A DNA stretch of 64,000 bases from assembly GCA_023379435.1 (NCBI GenBank), contig JAMCUH010000050.1:372-64371 (forward strand), written 5' to 3'. The DNA comes from Thermoplasmatota archaeon. Lineage in GTDB: Archaea > Thermoplasmatota > Thermoplasmata > Thermoplasmatales > Thermoplasmataceae. Shown here in pieces: positions 54,437 through 62,934 of this stretch. The notes under the pieces are model-generated. The model did no database searches and was not told where the DNA came from. It saw only the letters and a list, made by a program, of their open reading frames with translations. The translations under genes and the position numbers were made by a program. How positions within the stretch are numbered: position 1 is the stretch's first letter; every line of letters begins with the position of its first letter.

Positions 54437-55542
54437 TATGCCGTCACCGCCTTGTTTACAACTGCCTCAATGGCAGGCATCATCTGTGAGTATGCATCTA
54501 TGCCGCTCTTCTTCAGTATTTCTCTGCCTTCCTCTTCATGGACACCACTCAGCCTTACAACTATGGGCTGTTTTATATTGAATTTCTCCTTGGCGGAAGC
54601 AATTCCGGAAGCAACTGTATCACATTTCGTGACGCCGCCGAATATATTCACCAGAATGGCAGAAGGTTTCGCTTTTAGAACGAGATCAAAGGCGGTAATT
54701 ACAATATCCACTGAGTCTGTTCCACCCAGATCCAGAAAGTTTCTAGGTCTGCCCTTGTGCAGTGTGAGAGCATCAAGTGTTGCCATGGTGAGACCTGCTC
54801 CATTTGCTATTACACCTATGTTTCCGTCAAGTTCAACGAACGCGTAACCTTTTGATTGCGCCTCCAGTTCAAGAGGGGTCTTCTCCGGATCTGTTATGTT
54901 AATGTCCCTGTGCCTGTACATTGAGTCGGTATCCATTACTATCTTTGAATCGGCTGCTATCATCTTCCCCTCCTTTGTGATTACAAGGGGATTGATTTCA
55001 ACAAGCTCGCAGTCTTCCCCAACATAAACATTGTAGAGATTCCTCAGTATTGACATGAAATCCTTTGAAATATCCTTGCTGAGGCCAAGAAACTGGGAGA
55101 TTTCTCTGCCAAGATAATCTGAATAACCGAGGATGGGATCAACAAGTCTCTTTATTATTTTATCCTCAGGCACGGATTCAATCTCCACACCTCCCTGGGC
55201 ACTGGCAATTATGATTGGCCTTCTGTCAGGTCTGCTTAGAGCTATGCTCAGATAAAATTCGTGGTCAATGTTTATCATTTCCTCGATAAGAACCTTCTTG
55301 ACCTCAAGACCTCTTATCTTTGACCCGAGAAGCTGGCCAGTGAAATCTTTCAGCTCATCCGCATTTCTGGCAAATTTTATTCCACCGGACTTTCCTCTTC
55401 CACCCAGAAGAATCTGTGATTTAACCGCAACAGGTTTCTCAAAAGGTTTAAGTTCCGAAAGTTTTTCAACGACATAGCCGTCAGGAACAGGTATTCCGCT
55501 GCTCCTGAAAATGTTCTTTCCCATATACTCATAAAGATTCAA
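54436..55542 (-). CDS. sucC: Succinyl-CoA synthetase beta subunit
   Basis: NLYEY..K, GGRGKSGG, EINPL, NGAGLTMAT.D, NFLDLGG; TTG start after a GGGAG SD. Confidence 0.97.
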   Translation of the reverse strand: MNLYEYMGKNIFRSSGIPVPDGYVVEKLSELKPFEKPVAVKSQILLGGRGKSGGIKFARNADELKDFTGQLLGSKIRGLEVKKVLIEEMINIDHEFYLSIALSRPDRRPIIIASAQGGVEIESVPEDKIIKRLVDPILGYSDYLGREISQFLGLSKDISKDFMSILRNLYNVYVGEDCELVEINPLVITKEGKMIAADSKIVMDTDSMYRHRDINITDPEKTPLELEAQSKGYAFVELDGNIGVIANGAGLTMATLDALTLHKGRPRNFLDLGGTDSVDIVITAFDLVLKAKPSAILVNIFGGVTKCDTVASGIASAKEKFNIKQPIVVRLSGVHEEEGREILKKSGIDAYSQMMPAIEAVVNKAVTA

Positions 55543-56049
55543 AAATATCTCCCTTCCCTTATAGCTCGAAAAGATAAATAATATTTCTCACTCTTTGTCA
55601 ATGTGTGTCATTTTATCCCATTGATAAACGGTAAATCGAATAGATTGACTTAGATTAGCATGGGGCCGCTATTGATAAAGCCTGAATGATTGCTTGAAAA
55701 CAAGACATGGAAACATGCATAAATTAGAGATTCAGGAATGGAAAAGGGAACACGTGTTCAAAGTGGTATAGAAATGCATAAAGAAATCTGTTATATTGGA
55801 GAAATGTGGGATGAACTGCAAGACAGTATGCAACTTTCCAGTAAAAATGGTGCGGAGTGGAAGCTGACATGACATGAAGCAGCAGGGAAAAGCTTAGAAG
55901 TATAATCAGAGGATCAAACCTTCCCTTATCAGGAGAAAATGCAACAAAGACAACATAATGGGATTGAAACTTACATCACGAAAGGGATAAAATGTTATTT
56001 TTCATATATTCATAAAAATTGGGATTGTAAATTATTTTTAAACAGTTCC

Positions 56050-57693
56050 TCAGTATGGAGGCATTCCGCCCGGCATGCCACCCATTCCTCCGGGTCCGCC
56101 TGCTCCTCCCTCGGGGGCACTTGACTTTTTGCTGGCTATGACATCATCTATCCTCAGGATCATGGTTGCAACTTCAACTGCACCCTCAAAGGCATGCCTC
56201 TTCACTCTGAGCGGGTCAAAAACGCCCTCCTTCTCCATGTCACCCACCTTGTTCTCTGAGATGAGTATACCATAGTTCTTGTGTCCCTTCTCGTGCTCAG
56301 CCTTGAGCTTTATCAGTGTGTTTATTGGATCCATTCCCGCGTTCTCAGCCAGCGTTCTTGGTACAATTTCCATGGCCTTGGCAAATGCCTCAATTGCGAG
56401 CTGCTCCCTTCCACCGACTTTGGCTGCAAGAGATTTCAGCCTCAGGGAAAGCTCAGCCTCAATCGCACCTCCGCCTGCAAAGAACTTGCCGTCCTCCTTG
56501 GTTATGGAGACAACCCTTATGGCATCGTTTAGGCTCCTCTCAATTTCGGAAACAACATGATCGGTTCCTCCCCTGATCAGAATGCTGACGGCCTTGGGGT
56601 TAGCGCATCCTGTAACAAATGTCATCCTGTCATCTCCGATCTTCCTTTCCTCCACCATCTCGGATTTTCCAAGTGATGATGTTGTTAGGTCATCGAGATT
56701 TGTAACAATCTTGGCTCCAGTTGCCTTGGCCAGTTTCTCCATGTCGCTCTTCTTTACCCTCCTCACGGCATATATACCTTCCTTTGCAAGGAAGTGCTGG
56801 GCAAGGTCATCAATTCCCTTCTGGCACAATACCACATTGGCACCGCTCTTCTTTATCTTCTCCACCATCTTTTTGAAGGTGTCTGATTCCTGGTCAAGAA
56901 GGTCATGAATCTTTGATGGGTCAGATATCTGGACCTTTGCCTCTATTTCGGTCTTCTTTATTTCAAGTGCTGAGTCAATGAGAGCGATCTTTGCCCCCTT
57001 GACCAGTGAGGGCATCTTTGGATGCACCTTCTCCTTGTCAATAACGAGACCACTGATGAACTGAGTATCCTCCACAGCACCTCCGTTCTTCTTATCCACC
57101 TTTATGTTAGAAGGATCAACAACAACCTTTCCGTCCCTCTTGTCTGCAACCGCATTGACTGCCTTTACAACAAGATCGGCAAAGAATTCATGTGAAAGAC
57201 CGGCATTCTTTCCGGATAACGCGGTAAGTGCGATTTTCCTTAGTGTGGAGTCATCCGTGGCTGAGATGGCAAGTTCGTCCATATATTTCCTTACCTCGTT
57301 CATGGCCATCCTGAATCCATTTGTTATAACTGTTGAGTGAACGCCCTGATCTATGAGTGTCTCTGCCTGTTTGAGCAGCTCTCCCGCAAGTATTACTGCA
57401 GTTGTAGTACCGTCGCCCACCGCACTGTCCTGTGCCTTGGCAACTTCAACAATCATCTTTGCTGTGGGATGATCGACATCCATTTCTTTTAAAACTGTAG
57501 CTCCATCGTTTGATACCACAATGTCACCGATTGAATCCACAAGCATCTTGTCCATGCCCTTTGGACCAAGTGTGGTTCTAATGGCATCGGCAATAGCCTT
57601 TGCGGCTTCTATATTTGATTTCTGTGCATTCTTTCCCTGCTCTCTTGATGTACCCTCTTTCAGTATTAAAATCGGCATCTGACCTGATAGCAT
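56050..57693 (-). CDS. thsA: Thermosome subunit alpha (group II chaperonin)
   Basis: [20 protein letters not shown]-rich tail; start [14 protein letters not shown] at 57693 after a GAGGTG SD. Confidence 0.96.
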   Translation of the reverse strand: MLSGQMPILILKEGTSREQGKNAQKSNIEAAKAIADAIRTTLGPKGMDKMLVDSIGDIVVSNDGATVLKEMDVDHPTAKMIVEVAKAQDSAVGDGTTTAVILAGELLKQAETLIDQGVHSTVITNGFRMAMNEVRKYMDELAISATDDSTLRKIALTALSGKNAGLSHEFFADLVVKAVNAVADKRDGKVVVDPSNIKVDKKNGGAVEDTQFISGLVIDKEKVHPKMPSLVKGAKIALIDSALEIKKTEIEAKVQISDPSKIHDLLDQESDTFKKMVEKIKKSGANVVLCQKGIDDLAQHFLAKEGIYAVRRVKKSDMEKLAKATGAKIVTNLDDLTTSSLGKSEMVEERKIGDDRMTFVTGCANPKAVSILIRGGTDHVVSEIERSLNDAIRVVSITKEDGKFFAGGGAIEAELSLRLKSLAAKVGGREQLAIEAFAKAMEIVPRTLAENAGMDPINTLIKLKAEHEKGHKNYGILISENKVGDMEKEGVFDPLRVKRHAFEGAVEVATMILRIDDVIASKKSSAPEGGAGGPGGMGGMPGGMPPY

Positions 57694-57897
57694 TTTGATT
57701 ACACCTCTGTGTTCTGGCACATAAATATGTTCTTCTATATAAGTATTGCTATATGCACAATTTACTGTCGAATCGGCGAAATTAGGATATCCACGTGACA
57801 AAACTTAACTTTGTATAAATGATGCGGATCATTCGCGTTCATGCCGTTACTGATTTAAATCACATTGAAATGCATTAACACGGTTAGTTCAGTTACT

Positions 57898-58416
57898 ATG
57901 ATCCAAAAGACAGCTCCAAGGATAGTGTTCATTGATCTGAGGCAGGATGACCCGCGTAGATCGACCATGAGAAAACTGGCACGTTTCGGTATGGCAACCG
58001 TTGTTTCAAGGATCCAGATTTGCAGATCAATTGTTATGAACCCATTTTCAGCAGAAGTCCTTACCGGCTGTGACTCCGACATCGCAGTGAAGAGTGGAAT
58101 AGGTGTTGTGGAGGGCTCCTGGAAAAGAATTGGGAATGAGGAGCTACCCAAGTGCAGGTTCCAGAGAAGGCTGCCTTTGCTTGTTCCTGTGAATCCGGTT
58201 AACTACGGGCATGTTGGTCTTATGAGTTCCGCTGAAGCAGTGGCTGCGGCACTTTACATCACTGGTTTTCATGAAATGGCAGAATCCGTAATGGGCAAAT
58301 TTAGCTGGGGAAAGGAGTTCATTGGGTTAAACTATCCCTACCTTTCTGGATACATAAAATGTAAAGATCAGAAATGCATTGAGGAATATGAGAGAAGGTA
58401 TTTCAATCTTCCCTGA
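57898..58416 (+). CDS. tsr3: 16S rRNA aminocarboxypropyltransferase Tsr3
   Basis: QDDPRRST..KL, EGSW, RRLPLLVPVNPVNYG, AEAVAAALYI, FSWG..F..LN. ATG at 57898 preferred. Confidence 0.9.
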   Translation: MIQKTAPRIVFIDLRQDDPRRSTMRKLARFGMATVVSRIQICRSIVMNPFSAEVLTGCDSDIAVKSGIGVVEGSWKRIGNEELPKCRFQRRLPLLVPVNPVNYGHVGLMSSAEAVAAALYITGFHEMAESVMGKFSWGKEFIGLNYPYLSGYIKCKDQKCIEEYERRYFNLP

Positions 58417-59812
58417 CCCACTTCCTGTTCCTTATCCTGAATGTTGATAAAGTATAACGCTTCAGAATGCCCATTATCCTGTCCCTATAACTGTCAGGTA
58501 TGAGAGAGAGCGGCCTTATTTCTCCTGGAAGCATATGAATGCCTGCAACATGCTCAATCTCTTCTCCTCCTTTGAGTCTCGCACCCCACATGGACATCTT
58601 TACCTCGTCCGGGTCAAGCCTTAGCCTTGGGAATTCAGGTGAATCTGTTATACTCAGATAATCATCCTTCAGGTAACCTATTTTTGATGGGTCCCCCCTG
58701 TTGGAAAGTATGAAAAGCATGATTCCAAGGCATTTGGTGCACTTTCCGCAGGGAAGAACCTGACCGTTCTCTATCCTGCAGGAATGGCATGATCTCTGCA
58801 GCTCAAAAAGCTTCGGATACCTCTCCATAAGTATCTTTTCCACGATCATTCCGGATATGGGATAGACGGCGGACCATACCTTTATTCTGAGACCCTTGTA
58901 ATTGAAGTAGGATGTAAGATAGGAATTGAATTCATTGGTCTGATCATATATCCCGTAATAATGAGTCATTCCATGAAACTTTCCCATGTTCATTGGATCA
59001 TCAAACTCATCGCCGAGTATTACATTGCCGATTTTGTATTTCATAAGGAGGGGAAGGAATGAGAAAATGTAAACCGGAAAGATGAAAAGCTGGATGGGAT
59101 AAGAATCCGCCGTTTTCTTTAACACCGCCCTGTTTATGATCCTCATGTTCCTGATCATGAAAGTGTAAAAACGATCAACGTTTGACCATACTTTCCTGGT
59201 TCCTGGGTATGTTACAGATGATTTTCTGTATGCTGGAATTGCTGCATACCAGTGCCTTCCCGACTCATTGAAGAAGAACGGAAAGACCTGTGCGCCGAGC
59301 TCATCCATCATTCCCAATGTGAGGAGACTCTCTTTCCCGCCAGAACTCATAATTGCGCACTTTTTCTGTGACGGAAGAAGAACGCTGGAATCGTTCTTCC
59401 TCAAGGGTGTGAGAAGCTTTGTATCACCCATGGCGTTTTCCGGAGTTATTTCCTCCTCATCCGGAATATAATCCTCAAGGAAGAATTCATACCTCCTCCT
59501 GCAGATGGCATTGACAAAAATCTCCCTGTTGTTGACATTTATGAAATGTTCAATTGTTTCCCTGTCCTGTTCTGAAACAGGGAAGTTCAGCGTGATGGAA
59601 GCGGTAAAATAGGAAAAATTTATGAGCGGCATTGTAAGGATCAATCCAGCCGTATTTAGATCAGCCTCGATATCCTCGCCGTAGGTGAATATAAGCTTGA
59701 AGGACGATCCATCCTCTGAATCTATGTGTACCGTTCCACTGATTCTCCTCTTTTCAATCTCTATGCCGGAAACAATTAGGTTGCCGAAACATCTTACCTT
59801 TTCGAAGTACAA
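58403..59812 (-). CDS. Uncharacterised PP-loop ATPase with C-terminal Cys cluster (QueC/MurL-like architecture)
   Basis: SSGGKES PP-loop variant; RSCHSC...PCGKCTKC; TTG start 12 nt after the DUF1611 stop. Confidence 0.6.
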   Translation of the reverse strand: MYFEKVRCFGNLIVSGIEIEKRRISGTVHIDSEDGSSFKLIFTYGEDIEADLNTAGLILTMPLINFSYFTASITLNFPVSEQDRETIEHFINVNNREIFVNAICRRRYEFFLEDYIPDEEEITPENAMGDTKLLTPLRKNDSSVLLPSQKKCAIMSSGGKESLLTLGMMDELGAQVFPFFFNESGRHWYAAIPAYRKSSVTYPGTRKVWSNVDRFYTFMIRNMRIINRAVLKKTADSYPIQLFIFPVYIFSFLPLLMKYKIGNVILGDEFDDPMNMGKFHGMTHYYGIYDQTNEFNSYLTSYFNYKGLRIKVWSAVYPISGMIVEKILMERYPKLFELQRSCHSCRIENGQVLPCGKCTKCLGIMLFILSNRGDPSKIGYLKDDYLSITDSPEFPRLRLDPDEVKMSMWGARLKGGEEIEHVAGIHMLPGEIRPLSLIPDSYRDRIMGILKRYTLSTFRIRNRKWVRED

Positions 59813-59824
59813 ATTAACAACCCT

Positions 59825-60859
59825 TCAGTTTACAGCTTCCTCTATTACACTGACCATTCCACCGGCATCCTTCAGCGGATTGAAAACTGGAATGCCATAT
59901 CTTTTTTCACCTTTCTCAATGTAATCTTCTACCTCTGCATCGTTCATCCCCTCGGTATTCAGGGAGATCCCAATAACCTTTTTACCTGAAAGCAGCTCAA
60001 GAATTTTTATATAGTTGCGAACCGGAGGGATTTGAAAATCGTGGAAACCGTCGTAATAAAGTCTCTTTGGGGCATGCTGCAGTATAATGGAATCAGGACG
60101 ACATGCTCCTATGATCTCGTAACTTCCTGGATATGCAGGATGAATCACGGAACCCTGGCCCTCAAGAAACATAATGTCCGGTCTTTCGTCCTTCCAGGAT
60201 TCGTAGGTAACCGTTTCCAGGCATCCTGATACAAAGTCGTTCACTATGGCATCCAGGACTATGGTATGTTTTATTCCCTGCATCCATGAGGTCTGGCCTG
60301 TGCCAATAACGGATGATTTATTTCCATGTTCCATAAGCTTATTATTCAGAATTATTGCTGTAGTTCTTTTACCTATGGCACTGTCTGTACCTAGGACAGC
60401 AATTCTGTATGACCCAACCTCCTTTATTCTTCCCGTGAACTGGTCCCTTCTATCCCTGAACAGCTTCCTTACATCTGTTATCCTGGATCCGCTCTTCATG
60501 GCAAGAGAAGAGAATTCCCTGTCATCACTGATAAAATCATGAAGTCCGCTGACGATGTTCATGCCCGTAGCAATAGCATCCCTGATAAACGGTCTGTAAT
60601 TCTCAGGAAGTAACCCGCCATCAGATGCTATACCGACAATCAATGTTTCAGGATTGTATTTCATTGCATCTTCAAGACTGCCAACAATAGGTATTCCGGA
60701 ATTTCTACCCTGAAGTACCTCGCCAGCATCTTTACCTTTTAATCTGCTATCTATAACAGATGTTATTCTGTACTTCTGGCTGAACCTCACCAGCCCATTT
60801 GCAGTCTTTCCGTAAGTTGTTCCGAACACACCCTCAGAAAGTACTGTGGCTGTTTCCAT
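59825..60859 (-). CDS. DUF1611 family protein (DgcN D-glutamate N-acetyltransferase-like)
   Basis: GKTANGLVR, GGLLP, SGLH, GTDSAIGKRTT, TGQT, DFVSG, EGQGS..HPAY motifs. Confidence 0.85.
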   Translation of the reverse strand: METATVLSEGVFGTTYGKTANGLVRFSQKYRITSVIDSRLKGKDAGEVLQGRNSGIPIVGSLEDAMKYNPETLIVGIASDGGLLPENYRPFIRDAIATGMNIVSGLHDFISDDREFSSLAMKSGSRITDVRKLFRDRRDQFTGRIKEVGSYRIAVLGTDSAIGKRTTAIILNNKLMEHGNKSSVIGTGQTSWMQGIKHTIVLDAIVNDFVSGCLETVTYESWKDERPDIMFLEGQGSVIHPAYPGSYEIIGACRPDSIILQHAPKRLYYDGFHDFQIPPVRNYIKILELLSGKKVIGISLNTEGMNDAEVEDYIEKGEKRYGIPVFNPLKDAGGMVSVIEEAVN

Positions 60860-61817
60860 TGTTATCTCTTCCGGTCAGAACAACGACGCACTCTTCTTCC
60901 TTATCCATTCTGCTCAATCCCATGGAAACTGCTGCAAGTGCCGACGCTGATGCAGGCAGGACATTAATTCCTATTCTTTCTCTGATTATTTGAGCATACC
61001 TGATCATGTTATGGTCACTCACGGGAACAGCAATACCATTGGTGTCGTAAAGTCCGTTAAGTGCCAGCTGTCCATCATATGATCTGTAGGAAACCAGGGG
61101 TTCATTCACATATGACTCTATTATGGCTTCAGGTGGAAGCTCGATAAGATCCCGTAGGCCGGCAGAAAATGATGAAATTATCGGATTGCCTGAAGAAGTG
61201 CTTGATGCAATCATTCTCGGTAAAATATCGATATCACCATTAAGCTGCATCTTCTTGAATCCGAGATATATACCTGCAAATGTTGTTCCGTTACCCACAG
61301 GAACGGCAACATATGCGGGAGCATGACCGAGTTGCTCAACAATCTCTTTTGCAATGTTGGAGTATGCCCTTAGATCAAGAGAAGAATATTCTGATCCAGG
61401 GCTGGCGTCATACCAGCCCAAGCTTTTTGCATTCCTGTGCAGGAATTCGACGGAATCTTCATATTTTCCTGGCATTAACAGAACGTTTGAACCGTAACTT
61501 TCAATTTCTCTGCTCCTGCTGTTGCTGTAATCCTTTGGTATAAGAACATATGTGGAAAGCCTTGCCTTGTTGGCATAATATGAAAGCGATGCGCCATAAT
61601 TTCCACATGTTGCCACTGCTATTTTACTGAAACCAAGGTCTCTGGCATTCATAACATGTGCATACGATATTCTGTCTTTCTGTGTACCGGTGGGGCCATT
61701 CCCTTCGAATTTGAAAAAAATCTTGCTGAAATCAAGTGTATCAGAAAGCTCAGTATTTTTCAATAACGGAGTATTCAAAGGAGGAGGAGGCGGCTGTTCA
61801 TCAGCTATTTCTTCCAT
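60834..61817 (-). CDS. PLP-dependent fold-type II enzyme (threonine synthase-like, atypical)
   Basis: KFEG..PTGTQKDR PLP lysine, ATCGNYG, VPVGNGT, PASA, VLTG. Confidence 0.8.
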   Translation of the reverse strand: MEEIADEQPPPPPLNTPLLKNTELSDTLDFSKIFFKFEGNGPTGTQKDRISYAHVMNARDLGFSKIAVATCGNYGASLSYYANKARLSTYVLIPKDYSNSRSREIESYGSNVLLMPGKYEDSVEFLHRNAKSLGWYDASPGSEYSSLDLRAYSNIAKEIVEQLGHAPAYVAVPVGNGTTFAGIYLGFKKMQLNGDIDILPRMIASSTSSGNPIISSFSAGLRDLIELPPEAIIESYVNEPLVSYRSYDGQLALNGLYDTNGIAVPVSDHNMIRYAQIIRERIGINVLPASASALAAVSMGLSRMDKEEECVVVLTGRDNNGNSHSTF

Positions 61818-61962
61818 TTACTGTATCCTAGGTTTTTTGCCTTGCAAGAAGTATTTTCTTTCACTATTTAAATACTTTGTTACATGATGTAGTTCAAACA
61901 TTGTAACAGATATGAGCAATGGGAACGAAATGCTTATATCTAACATACAGCTATATTTTAAC

Positions 61963-62559
61963 ATGACCTTATCGCCATTACCTCCACTTGCGGTTGGTTT
62001 TTTTGGTCTCGGGACAGGTTATTATGTATGGGGCGGTTGGGAATTTTTCAGAATTCCTAAGGAAACAACTTCAGCTGTTAACAGGACGCTGGGACAGTGG
62101 GGAATCTGGATGCCCGGTTTCATGCAGTTTCTCACAGGCACTTATCTATTCCTCGGATTAACAATATTCAATGCATTCCAGCCTTCTTCCACTGTGGGAT
62201 ACACTGCTCTCTATATGGCTGCACTGGCATTCACTGCATACGGTGTTCACTGGTTCGCCCTTGGGTACAACAAGTACAAGGAAGGTGATCCAACGGTAGA
62301 TGGCTTCATGGCCATAGCGTTCCTGTGGATAAGCATCACAGGTGCTTTTGTTTTCTTTAAAGCGGGTGATATGTACGTTGGAACTCTGTTTGTATTGCTT
62401 GCACTGGTTTACATATCAGATATACCGGCAAGCCTACTAAAGTCAGCGAAATGGACCAGGGTAAAGGGTTTCTGGCACCTCGTTACAGGCACATGGCTGA
62501 TGTATCTTATGTTTGCCGCTGCAACCACATATGCACTGGGAATGCACCTGCCGCTTTAG
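61963..62559 (+). CDS. 6-TM small-solute channel-like membrane protein (AmiS/UreI- or SatP-like)
   Basis: About six aromatic-rich TMs. CTTATAT lies about 25 nt before ATG 61963, suggesting a leaderless start (ORF track starts at 61912). Family tentative. Confidence 0.5.
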   Translation: MTLSPLPPLAVGFFGLGTGYYVWGGWEFFRIPKETTSAVNRTLGQWGIWMPGFMQFLTGTYLFLGLTIFNAFQPSSTVGYTALYMAALAFTAYGVHWFALGYNKYKEGDPTVDGFMAIAFLWISITGAFVFFKAGDMYVGTLFVLLALVYISDIPASLLKSAKWTRVKGFWHLVTGTWLMYLMFAAATTYALGMHLPL

Positions 62560-62934
62560 AATTCATTGAAAACTGTTAATACCTTAAAAGTGTGGTGGAC
62601 TATTTCATTGAAATGTCCACCAGATGCGTTATCATTGCAAATTTTTAGGTTGTCACAGCTTTTGTCAGTTTTTGTTAAGATATCACGCGAAATGCTCCAA
62701 CATAATGGATAGAGGATGAGACTATGCTTCGATCCATCTGCAAGGATCAAATGTGTCGACGTGATAAAGGCTCAAGAGCGTCCATCACGAAGAAATGAGA
62801 AGGTTTTTCGAAGGAGTATTAGGAATGCTTTAATTCGAATATTGTTAATATTGTGCATGAACATGAATATCACCCACATAATATTTAAAAAAGTCAAAAA
62901 AAAAATTAATATACGATATGTTATTTTATACATT

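Noticed and set aside
55960..55970. GGGATTGAAAC, resembling the 3' end of a CRISPR repeat
   Set aside because: No regularly spaced repeats and no cas genes in the window.
55939..56124. 61-aa ORF overlapping the thsA 3' end
   Set aside because: Runs through AT-rich terminator-like DNA and antisense into thsA; no motif support.
57694..57801. 36-aa N-terminal extension of the thermosome in the ORF track
   Set aside because: Covers the AT-rich promoter; the SD and homology support the start at 57693.
60834..61817. Calling the PLP enzyme thrC
   Set aside because: TGTQKDR/TCGNYG differ from the TGSFKDR/STGNT consensus, and the neighbours are not threonine-biosynthesis genes.
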